Assembly: GCA_902793325.1 (NCBI GenBank)
Contig: CADBCY010000032.1
Coordinates: 6,924 to 70,923 of the forward strand
DNA length: 64,000 nt
Direction of reading: 5' to 3'
DNA from: an uncultured Eubacteriales bacterium
Lineage (GTDB): Bacteria; Bacillota; Clostridia; Christensenellales; Aristaeellaceae
The notes beneath the pieces were generated by a model. That model made no database searches, had not been told where the DNA came from, and saw nothing but the letters and a program-made list of their open reading frames with translations. This document shows, piece by piece, positions 19,207 through 27,024 of this stretch (the stretch's first letter is position 1; every line of letters starts with the position of its first letter). Made by a program: the position numbers and the translations under genes.

Positions 19207-19374
19207 GCTTCGATTCCCCCCTTGTGTTCCGGGGATGGGACGCCCCATCCGCGCCGCGCTTACTCTGATATTAATGATACACGAAAACGTTCCCGTTTGC
19301 ATTAGCAAAACGTGCGCTTTTATTTTGAAAACTTGCTGTATCCGCCGAAGATCGCCGCGAGTCCTCGTGCAGTT

Positions 19375-19383
19375 TGGTATAAT
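19375..19383 (+). promoter_or_regulatory. extended -10 element TGGTATAAT upstream of the aldose epimerase gene
   Basis: Read directly from the sequence, about 30 nt upstream of ATG 19415. The -35 element is poor. Confidence 0.4.
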
Positions 19384-19414
19384 TGTTGGCACGATGAGAA
19401 GGAGGTAGGACGCC

Positions 19415-20401
19415 ATGGAATTGTTGACGCTGCGCTCGTCGCTGCTTTGCTGCGCGCTCTCCCCGGTGGGGGCGGCGCTGGCGGACGTGACCGTGAACGT
19501 CGGCGGCGCGCCCCGGCACGCGGCGCTGTCGCCCCTTGCGCACCGCACCGGCGGGGAGAACACCGCCCGGGCCGGGTGCACCGTAGGGCCCTGCTGCGGG
19601 CGGGTGCGCGGCGCGGAGATCGAGCTGGAGGGCCGGGCGCTCCGCCTGGACGCCAACGAGGGCGAAAACCACCTGCACGGCGGGTTCCGCGGCGTCGCGG
19701 GCCGCGCGTGGGACGTGGCCGAGGCGGACGGGGCGCACGCGACGTTCACCCTGACCCTTCCGGACGGCGAGGGCGGCTACCCCGGCAACCGTCGGCTGGA
19801 GGCGCGCTACGAGCTGGAGGGGGACGCGCTGACCGTTCGCTACGCCGCCACCAGCGACGCGACCACCTGGCTGTGCCTGACCAACCACGTCTACTGGGAT
19901 CTCACCGGGCGCTTCGACGGCTCGGCCATGGCGCAGGCGCTGGAGATCCCCGCGGGCCGGGCGGTGTTCAACGACGACCGCCACCTGCCCGTGGAGATCC
20001 GGCCCGTGGCGGGCACGCCCTTCGACTTCCGCGCGCCCGTTTCTCCCGCCGCGATGATGGCGCGCTATCCCGACCATCCGCAGTTGGCCATCGCGCGGGG
20101 GTTCAACAACGCGCTGCTGCTGGACGGGGACGCGCCCTTCGCCGCGCGGCTGACCGCCCCGGACGGCAGCCTCTCGATGACCCTACAGACGGACCAGCCC
20201 GCGGTGGTGTTCTACTCCGGGGGCTTCCTCGGCGCGAACACCCCGCTGGCGGGCGGCCCCGCGGTGCCCGGCGCTGCGCTGGCGCTGGAGGCACAGACCC
20301 TGCCCGATCCCTTCCACCTGCCCGGCGCGGAACCGGAGCTGCTGCGGCCGGGCGCGACGTGGCGGCGGTACATCCGCTGGCGGTTTGAGGCGAGAACGTG
20401 A
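19415..20401 (+). CDS. aldose 1-epimerase family protein (mutarotase)
   Basis: 328 aa. NHLHGG..., TLPDGEGGYPGN...L and LCLTNHVYWDLTG are typical of galactose mutarotase-like proteins. Confidence 0.8.
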   Translation: MELLTLRSSLLCCALSPVGAALADVTVNVGGAPRHAALSPLAHRTGGENTARAGCTVGPCCGRVRGAEIELEGRALRLDANEGENHLHGGFRGVAGRAWDVAEADGAHATFTLTLPDGEGGYPGNRRLEARYELEGDALTVRYAATSDATTWLCLTNHVYWDLTGRFDGSAMAQALEIPAGRAVFNDDRHLPVEIRPVAGTPFDFRAPVSPAAMMARYPDHPQLAIARGFNNALLLDGDAPFAARLTAPDGSLSMTLQTDQPAVVFYSGGFLGANTPLAGGPAVPGAALALEAQTLPDPFHLPGAEPELLRPGATWRRYIRWRFEART

Positions 20402-20406
20402 AAATG

Positions 20407-20431
20407 CCGGGGCGGCCATTGGCCGCCCCGG
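20407..20431. terminator. bidirectional hairpin CCGGGGCGGCC-attg-GCCGCCCCGG between convergent genes
   Basis: Perfect stem. The same 21-nt core recurs at 44875-44895. Confidence 0.6.
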
Positions 20432-20451
20432 CGATCGTATTGCGGGCAGGT

Positions 20452-21714
20452 TCAGCAGGAGCCCTTTTCGGCGAGCAGGCACTTCTCGGCCTCGGCGCTC
20501 CACAGGCCGTTGTTGCGCTCGGTGATCTCCGCGAGCTTCGCAAACAGCGGGTCCGTCTCGCCGAGCTTGGCAAAGTCGGCGATGGCGGTCAGCGGCATCT
20601 CGATCTGGGTGTAGATCAGCTTCTTGCCGCCCTTGATGTTGGGCAGGTTCAGCGTGGTGTCCACCACGGCGTTCAGGCCGCCGATGTGGGTGACCATGGC
20701 GGCGGGGTTGATCTTGCCCGAGGTCATCATCTCGATGGCCTCCTTCATGTCGCTGGTGTTGCCGCCGGAGGTGCCCACCAGGTGGGTGTAGAGGTAGTGG
20801 ACGTTGTAGAAGTTGAACTCCGCCTTGAACTGGGTGTTCGTCGGGCCGGCGAAGAAGTTCAGGCAGCCGTCGAAGCCCAGGATGGCGTCGGCCTGCTCCA
20901 CCACGGGCTTGACGGGCGCGAAGCAGATCACGTCGTTGAAGCCGGTGCCGCCGGTGAGGCTGCGCAGGTAGGCGGTGTCGTTGCCGGGCTTGGCGGTGTT
21001 CACGTAGTGCAGCTCGATGCCCAGGCTCTTCGCATGCTCCACGGTGTAGATGCTCTCGGCGCGGGCCAGGCGCTCGTCGTCGATGTCGGTCACGACGATC
21101 AGCCCCGGCCTGCGGTCGCAGTGCAGCGCGTAGTCGATCGCGCCCAGGCCCATGGGGCCGACAGAGGCCAGCAGCGCCAGCTTGCCGCCCTCCACGATGC
21201 CCATGTCGTGCTCGTAGCTGCCGGGCTTGGTGTGGTACATGGCGTGGTAGGTGCCGATGATGCAGCTCATGGGCTCGGACAGCGAGCCGTAGAAGTAGGT
21301 GTCGGAGTCGTAGGGCAGCAGGTTGTCGGTGAGCAGCGTCTCGATGGGCACCAGGCCGTACTGGGCGTCGCCGCCGCAATACTGGTAGGAATAGCCGGGG
21401 GCGAGCTGGCTGCCCTTGTAGAAGTGCGCCGGCTGGATGGAGAAGCCCTGGCCGACCCTGTACTTGTGCTTCCAGTTTTCGCCCACGGCGTCGATCACGC
21501 CGCAGAACTCATGGCCGACGATGGTGGGGTGGTCCGCCACGTCGTCGGGCACGCGCTTGTGCTCGGGGCCCTCCACGGCGGCCTTGTAGGTGCTCATGCA
21601 GATGGAGTCAGAAATGATCTTGATTCGAACGTCGTCCGGGCCGACCTCCGGGAGCTCGATCTCCTCGAGGCGCAGGTCCATCTTGCCGTGAATGCGTACT
21701 GCCTTTGTCTTCAT
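20452..21714 (-). CDS. zinc-dependent medium-chain dehydrogenase, L-sorbose-1-phosphate reductase (SorE)-like
   Basis: ORF trimmed to MKTKAVRIHGKMDLRLEEIELPEV (ATG 21714, AAAGGAGA upstream). Contains DSICMSTYKA...GHEFCG and a GPMGLG Rossmann motif. Confidence 0.8.
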   Translation of the reverse strand: MKTKAVRIHGKMDLRLEEIELPEVGPDDVRIKIISDSICMSTYKAAVEGPEHKRVPDDVADHPTIVGHEFCGVIDAVGENWKHKYRVGQGFSIQPAHFYKGSQLAPGYSYQYCGGDAQYGLVPIETLLTDNLLPYDSDTYFYGSLSEPMSCIIGTYHAMYHTKPGSYEHDMGIVEGGKLALLASVGPMGLGAIDYALHCDRRPGLIVVTDIDDERLARAESIYTVEHAKSLGIELHYVNTAKPGNDTAYLRSLTGGTGFNDVICFAPVKPVVEQADAILGFDGCLNFFAGPTNTQFKAEFNFYNVHYLYTHLVGTSGGNTSDMKEAIEMMTSGKINPAAMVTHIGGLNAVVDTTLNLPNIKGGKKLIYTQIEMPLTAIADFAKLGETDPLFAKLAEITERNNGLWSAEAEKCLLAEKGSC

Positions 21715-21979
21715 CGCAATATCTCCTTTGCTGATCGCTGTCGTCCTAACGGTGCGGTTACACCCATTATAACATGCGGAACCGGGCAATGCAAGCGATG
21801 CGGGCAAACTTTGCCGGGGGGGCGGATTTGCGCCGCAAAAGAGGTCGATCGGCGGCAATTCAGGGTTGCCTATAAGATGAAGATATGGTAAAATACAGGC
21901 AGAGCGCGCGGCCCGCGCGGCGGAGTCCCTTCCCGCGGAGGGGGGCGCGGCGCATCGAATACGGAAGGGAGCGACGATC

Positions 21980-23089
21980 ATGACGAAGAAGCTGTTGGCG
22001 GCGCTGCTGGTGCTGGCGCTGCTGGCGGGGGCGTGCTCCGCGGCCATGGCGTCCGGGGACAGCATGCTGCTCGAATGGAACGGGTTTTCCGTGGAGTGGC
22101 TGCGCACCAGCCCCACGACCTACGCGAACGGCGACGTGGACATCACGTTCTACTGCCGATTCATCAACGGGACCCGCCACACGATGTGGCTGAAGGTGTC
22201 GGACGTCACGGTGGATGGCGTTCCCGTGGACGGCGTGGGCAAGACGAACATCGCCCCCGGCACGGACAGCGGCGCGGATTCGAGCGACTACATCTTCATC
22301 AAGCCCCTGGCGGACAGCCGGAGCGCCGGCGTGAACGCGCTGTGCAACGCGCGGAGCGTGGCCATGACGCTGACGCTGAAGGACAACGACACCTACGAGG
22401 AGTATTGCAGCCAGCGGGTCACGCTGTCGCTGACGAATGTGCCGAGCTTCACGCCCCGGGCGGGCGGCACGACGCCCCGGCCCACCTACGGCGGCACTTC
22501 CTACAGGGCGCTGGTGAAGGGCGACAGCGGCGAGGCCGTGCGCCGGATGCAGCAGCGCCTGATCGACCTGGGCTACCTGTACGACTCGGCGGACGGCAAG
22601 TTCGGTTCAAAGACCGCCGAGGCGGTGCGGGAGTTCTCCGGCGCGAACGGCCTGGGCGCCAGCGAGATCGCCACGCCGGAGATGCAGGAGAAGCTGTTCA
22701 GCAGCAGCGCCAAGGCCGTGCAGGAGCCCTGGGTGCCGCTGACGATCCGCGACGGCGCGAACGGCACCTGGATGAAGCTGAAGGGCGACAAGATCAAGTT
22801 CCGCGTGCAGGTGACCAACGTCTCCCGGAACCGGACGGTCAAGGCGTTCGAGATCTACATGTACGCGGTGGACGTGTGGGGCGACCGCATCTACGGCTCC
22901 GATACGGTCTACTACGGCACCACCACCAAGAAGGTGGCGCCGGGCAAGACGGTGTACTGCGATTACTTCGTCATGCCGAACCGCAGCCAGATCAACAAGG
23001 TCTACGTGGGCGTCAAGAAGGTGGTGTTCACGGACGGCACGATCCGCGAGAACAGCTCGGTGGACTACACGAGCTGGACGCTCAGCTGA
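21980..23089 (+). CDS. secreted hypothetical protein with a central peptidoglycan-binding domain
   Basis: 369 aa. Signal peptide MTKKLLAALLVLALLAGACSA. The central VRRMQQRLIDLGYLYDSADGKFGSKTAEAVREF is PG_binding_1-like. I do not recognise the flanking beta-rich regions. Confidence 0.65.
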   Translation: MTKKLLAALLVLALLAGACSAAMASGDSMLLEWNGFSVEWLRTSPTTYANGDVDITFYCRFINGTRHTMWLKVSDVTVDGVPVDGVGKTNIAPGTDSGADSSDYIFIKPLADSRSAGVNALCNARSVAMTLTLKDNDTYEEYCSQRVTLSLTNVPSFTPRAGGTTPRPTYGGTSYRALVKGDSGEAVRRMQQRLIDLGYLYDSADGKFGSKTAEAVREFSGANGLGASEIATPEMQEKLFSSSAKAVQEPWVPLTIRDGANGTWMKLKGDKIKFRVQVTNVSRNRTVKAFEIYMYAVDVWGDRIYGSDTVYYGTTTKKVAPGKTVYCDYFVMPNRSQINKVYVGVKKVVFTDGTIRENSSVDYTSWTLS

Positions 23090-23143
23090 CGCGGCGCGGC
23101 GGGGGAAGAATTCCCGGGGAAGCGGATTCGCGCGTTTTCCCGC

Positions 23144-23172
23144 TTGATTTTTCGGCGCATATCCGCTATCAT
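23144..23172 (+). promoter_or_regulatory. sigma-70-type promoter TTGATT-17-TATCAT for the plus-strand signalling operon
   Basis: TTGATTtttcggcgcatatccgcTATCAT, about 110 nt upstream of ATG 23286. Confidence 0.5.
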
Positions 23173-23285
23173 GTACACAGAGGGGCGAAGGGCCCGTTTC
23201 GGAACGGGCGGCTTTCGCATGGTTTCACGCCCCGGGGCCGCGGCGCGCAGGTCCGGCAGCCGGGCGACAGGAGGAATCTGACGCG

Positions 23286-24767
23286 ATGTTGAACCGGGCG
23301 ATCTACGCAATGATCTATCTAGGCAGTGCTCTGATGGTCTACAACATCTATGACTTTGTCCGCTACACCCAGTACATCCAGGCCAGGAAGGACTGGGGCC
23401 GGGAGCGCGCCGTGCTCTACGTGCCCCTGGCACTGCTGGTCATGTTCCTGTTGGGTTACCTGGCCGTGAGCATCTTCGGCAAGCCGGACCTGATCGTGTC
23501 GGGCATCCTCTTCGGCGGGAGCATCTTCGTGTTCATCATCTTCAAGCTCCTGTGGCGCATCACCCACCACATTCAGGAGAACGAGCAGACGGAAGCGAAG
23601 CTGATGGCGGCGGAGGCCAGCAACAGGGCCAAGTCCAGCTTCCTGTCCAACATGAGCCACGAGATGCGCACCCCGATGAACGCCATCATCGGCCTGGACA
23701 ACATCGCGCTGCAGGACGAGACCCTGACGCCGCAGACGCGGGACCGGCTGCAGAAAATCGGCGTCAGCGCCCAGCACCTGATGGACCTGATCAACGACGT
23801 GCTGGACATGAACCTCATCGAATCGGGGCAGATGACGCTGAAGCACGAGCCGTTCTCCATGCGCGAGGCGCTTGGCCTGGTGGACCTGCTGCTCCAGTCC
23901 AGGTGCGACGAGAAGGGCCTGGAATACAAGAAAGAAGTGCTCGACGGGGTCGAGGAGGTGTACGTGGGCGACGCCCTCCGCCTCAGGCAGGTGCTGCTGA
24001 GCATCCTGGGGAACGCCGTGAAGTACACGCCCGCCCCCGGCACCGTGACCTTCACGACGGAGCAGGTCTCGGCCGCGGAGGACCGGCGCGAGCTGTGCTT
24101 CACCATCCGCGACACCGGCATCGGCATGGAGGAGGACTTCATCCCGCGGCTGTTCGATTCCTTCACCAAGGAGGACGCCGGCACCACCGACCGCTTCGGC
24201 GGGAGCGGGCTGGGGCTGGCGATCACGAAGCGGCTGGTGGACCAGATGGGCGGAACCATCGAGGTCCTAAGCCGCAAGGACGAGGGCAGCACGTTCGTCG
24301 TCACCCTCCCGCTCGGCGCGGCGAAGCCGCCGGAGGGATCCGCGGAGGAGCCTGCGCCGGAGTGCCTGCCCGACCTCGAGGGGCGGCGCGTGCTCATCGT
24401 CGAGGACATCGACCTGAACGCGGAGATCCTGGCGGACCTGCTGGAGATCGAGGGCGCCGAAACCGAGCGGGCGGAGAACGGGCAGATCGCCGTGGAGCAG
24501 TTTTCCAGCCATCCCGTGAACTACTACGACGCGATCCTGATGGATCTTCGAATGCCCGTGATGGACGGCATGGACGCCACCCGTGCGATCCGCGCGCTGG
24601 ACCGCCCGGACGCAAAGACGATCCCCATCGTCGCCCAGACCGCGAATGCCTACGAGGAAGACCTGCAGCATTCGCTGGAAGCCGGTATGAACGAACACCT
24701 GTCTAAGCCGCTGGACGCGGAACGGTTGTACGATACGCTGCGAAGGCTGATCGGAAAGCTGCGATGA
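23286..24767 (+). CDS. hybrid sensor histidine kinase (3 TM helices, HisKA, HATPase_c, receiver)
   Basis: 493 aa. H-box FLSNMSHEMRTPMNAIIG, N-box LGNAVKYT, G-boxes RDTGIGM and GGSGLGLAI. C-terminal receiver VLIVEDIDLN...ILMDLRMPVMDG...HLSKP. Confidence 0.92.
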   Translation: MLNRAIYAMIYLGSALMVYNIYDFVRYTQYIQARKDWGRERAVLYVPLALLVMFLLGYLAVSIFGKPDLIVSGILFGGSIFVFIIFKLLWRITHHIQENEQTEAKLMAAEASNRAKSSFLSNMSHEMRTPMNAIIGLDNIALQDETLTPQTRDRLQKIGVSAQHLMDLINDVLDMNLIESGQMTLKHEPFSMREALGLVDLLLQSRCDEKGLEYKKEVLDGVEEVYVGDALRLRQVLLSILGNAVKYTPAPGTVTFTTEQVSAAEDRRELCFTIRDTGIGMEEDFIPRLFDSFTKEDAGTTDRFGGSGLGLAITKRLVDQMGGTIEVLSRKDEGSTFVVTLPLGAAKPPEGSAEEPAPECLPDLEGRRVLIVEDIDLNAEILADLLEIEGAETERAENGQIAVEQFSSHPVNYYDAILMDLRMPVMDGMDATRAIRALDRPDAKTIPIVAQTANAYEEDLQHSLEAGMNEHLSKPLDAERLYDTLRRLIGKLR

Positions 24768-24819
24768 AGGACAGATATGGCGAGGAAGCGCGCCCGGATG
24801 AGGACAGGAGGAACGCGAA

Positions 24820-26517
24820 ATGATTATTTCCAATCAGCTGAGGAGACCGCGCCTGGTGCTGATTGTGGACGATCAGGAGATCAACCGCGACGTGCTGGGC
24901 ATGATCCTGGAAGATGATTACGAGATCATCTACGCCACCAACGGCAGGGAGGCCCTCGAGATGATCGAGGAGAACCTGGACCGCCTGTCGGTGGTGCTGC
25001 TGGATTTGATCATGCCGGAGATGGACGGCTTCAAGGTGCTCGACATCGTGCGCAACGACGAGTTCCTCAAGCGCATCCCGATCATCGTGCTGACGGCGGA
25101 GAAGAACGCCGAGCTTCGCGCGCTGCAGATGGGCGCGGCGGACTTCATCACCAAGCCCTTCGAGATGCACGAGGTCATCCTCGCGCGCGTGGGCAGGATC
25201 ATCGAGCTGAGCGAGGGCAGGCAGCTCATCTCCGCGGCGGAGCACGACCGGCTGACCATGCTCTACAGCAAGAGCTTCTTCTTCGAGTACGCCAACCGGA
25301 TCCACCAGTACCACCCCGAGTGGCACATGGACGCCGTGGTGATGGACATTAACCAGTTCCACACCATCAACGAGCTGAACGGCCGCGAGTTCGGCGACAA
25401 CGTGCTGCGCATCCTGGGCAACGAGATCCGCGCCTTCCTGGGCGAGACGGAGGGCATCGCCAGCCGCTTCGAGGCGGACCGCTTCGACCTGTACTGCATG
25501 CACCAGGCCGATTACCAGCAGTTGCTCGACCGCTTCCAGGAGAAGGTGAACACCCTCTCGCGCAACGCCAGCATCCGGCTGCGCATGGGCGTGAACCCCT
25601 GGCAGGAGGGCGTTGACCCGCTGCTGCTGTTCGACCGCGCCCGCGCGGCGTGCAACATGGTGCGGGGCGACTATAAGACGAACCTCATGGTGTACGACGA
25701 GGACATGCGCAACCACGAGCTTTTGAACCAGCGGCTGCTGAACGACTTGCAGCGCGCGGTGGACGAGCGCGAGTTCTGCGTGTTCTACCAGCCCAAGTTC
25801 AACGTCCAGTGCGACCCGCCGAAGCTGTCCAGCGCGGAGGCGCTGATCCGCTGGAAGCACCCGGAGCTGGGCATGATCTCCCCCGGCTGCTTCATCCCGC
25901 TGTTCGAGAGCAACGGCCAGATCGGCACCGTGGACAACTTCGTGTGGAACGAGGCGGCGCGGCAGATCGCCGACTGGCGCGATCGGCTGGGCGTGGTCGT
26001 GCCGGTGTCGGTGAACCTGTCCCGGGTGGACGTGTTCGACCCGGCGCTGGAGGACACGCTGACCGGCATCGTCGAACGAAACGGGCTGGACTACAAGAGC
26101 ATGAAGCTGGAGGTCACGGAGTCCGCCTACACCGACAACGCCGGGCAGATCATCGGGCTCATCAACCGCCTGCGCAGCATGGGCTTTGAAATCGAGATGG
26201 ACGACTTCGGCTCGGGCTATTCCTCGCTGAACATGCTCTCCTCCATGCCCATCGACGTGCTGAAGATGGACATGGAGTTCGTGCGGAACATCGAGCACAG
26301 CGAGAAGGACTTCCGCCTGGTGGAGGTCGTGCTGGACATCGCCAGGTACCTGAAGGTGCCGGTGGTGGCCGAGGGCGTGGAGACGCAGCGGCAGATGGAG
26401 CTGCTGCGCGATGCCGGCTGCCAGCTCGTGCAGGGCTATTACTTCTCCCGCCCGCTGCCGCCGGCGGACTTTGAAAAGCTGATACTCAGAGAAAAGGAGA
26501 TTGTGAGGGAGAACTGA
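24820..26517 (+). CDS. response regulator with receiver, degenerate GGDEF and EAL domains (predicted c-di-GMP phosphodiesterase)
   Basis: 565 aa. Receiver LVLIVDDQEINRD...LLDLIMPEMDGF...TKP. The GGDEF-position motif reads RFEADRF, so it is degenerate. EAL-domain blocks: YQPK, EALIRW, EVTES, DDFGSGYSSL, LKMD, EGVET, QGYYFSRP. Confidence 0.9.
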   Translation: MIISNQLRRPRLVLIVDDQEINRDVLGMILEDDYEIIYATNGREALEMIEENLDRLSVVLLDLIMPEMDGFKVLDIVRNDEFLKRIPIIVLTAEKNAELRALQMGAADFITKPFEMHEVILARVGRIIELSEGRQLISAAEHDRLTMLYSKSFFFEYANRIHQYHPEWHMDAVVMDINQFHTINELNGREFGDNVLRILGNEIRAFLGETEGIASRFEADRFDLYCMHQADYQQLLDRFQEKVNTLSRNASIRLRMGVNPWQEGVDPLLLFDRARAACNMVRGDYKTNLMVYDEDMRNHELLNQRLLNDLQRAVDEREFCVFYQPKFNVQCDPPKLSSAEALIRWKHPELGMISPGCFIPLFESNGQIGTVDNFVWNEAARQIADWRDRLGVVVPVSVNLSRVDVFDPALEDTLTGIVERNGLDYKSMKLEVTESAYTDNAGQIIGLINRLRSMGFEIEMDDFGSGYSSLNMLSSMPIDVLKMDMEFVRNIEHSEKDFRLVEVVLDIARYLKVPVVAEGVETQRQMELLRDAGCQLVQGYYFSRPLPPADFEKLILREKEIVREN

Positions 26518-26518
26518 C

Positions 26519-26887
26519 ATGACGATTCAGGAGCTGTATGCCAAGATCGGGGGCAACTACGATCAGGCCGTTCGGATCATGAAGTCGGAGCGGCTCATCG
26601 ACAAGTACGTGCGCAAGCTGAAGAGCAGCGGCGTGGGCGAAAAGCTGGCGGAGGCCGGCGAGTCGATGGACGCGGGCAAGCTGTTTGAGAGCGCGCACGC
26701 CATGAAGGGCGTCTGCTCCAACCTGGGGCTGGACGGCCTGGCCGGCGCCGCGGACGAGATCACCGAGGAATTCCGCCCCGGCAACCCGCGCAAGCTTTCG
26801 GACGAGGCGGTAAAGGAGAAGCTCCGGGACATCGACGAGCGCTATCGCGCCGCGGTGGAGGGCATCCGCCAGTACGAGGAAGGATAA
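26519..26887 (+). CDS. stand-alone Hpt (histidine phosphotransfer) protein
   Basis: 122 aa. SAHAMKGVCSNLGL fits the HxxKG phosphotransfer motif. ATG 26519 lies 1 nt after the stop of the preceding gene. Confidence 0.8.
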   Translation: MTIQELYAKIGGNYDQAVRIMKSERLIDKYVRKLKSSGVGEKLAEAGESMDAGKLFESAHAMKGVCSNLGLDGLAGAADEITEEFRPGNPRKLSDEAVKEKLRDIDERYRAAVEGIRQYEEG

Positions 26888-27024
26888 CAAACCCTATCTG
26901 AAAACAGTATATCCCCGGCTTTGAAAAGTTCGACGGAGCGCGTTCCCGATGGCGGGAAGGCGCGGTTCAGCATGGCGAGCGCGCGTCGCCGGGGCGTCGG
27001 CGCTCGGGAACGGGAAGGGATTTT

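Noticed and set aside
19270-19330. cre/CcpA-like or LacI-type operator in the divergent region between the ABC-operon and the epimerase gene (AAACG-ttcc-CGTTT and TGAAAACTTGCTGT).
   Set aside because: The palindrome arms are only 5 bp long, and the cre-like string misses the central CG and other conserved positions. This is too weak to call from sequence alone.
17704-19749. N-terminal extensions of several track ORFs: 17704-19749, 20452-22116, 31404-33521, 33170-33793, 34590-35705, 49357-50505, 50585-51850, 42123-43424 and 9198-11099.
   Set aside because: The extensions are junk-like in composition and lack an RBS. Internal starts with GGAGG-type RBSs give proteins of the lengths expected for their families, so I trimmed the calls.
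23173-23285. Possible c-di-GMP (GEMM-type) riboswitch in the ~110-nt leader of the signalling operon. The sequence contains ACACAGAGGGGCGAAGGGCC... and a GCCCGTT-tcgg-AACGGGC hairpin.
   Set aside because: The resemblance to the GEMM-I ACGCACAGGGCAAACC...GCAAAGCC core is superficial. The conserved tetraloop-receptor arrangement and second-helix motifs are not present. An Infernal scan would be decisive.
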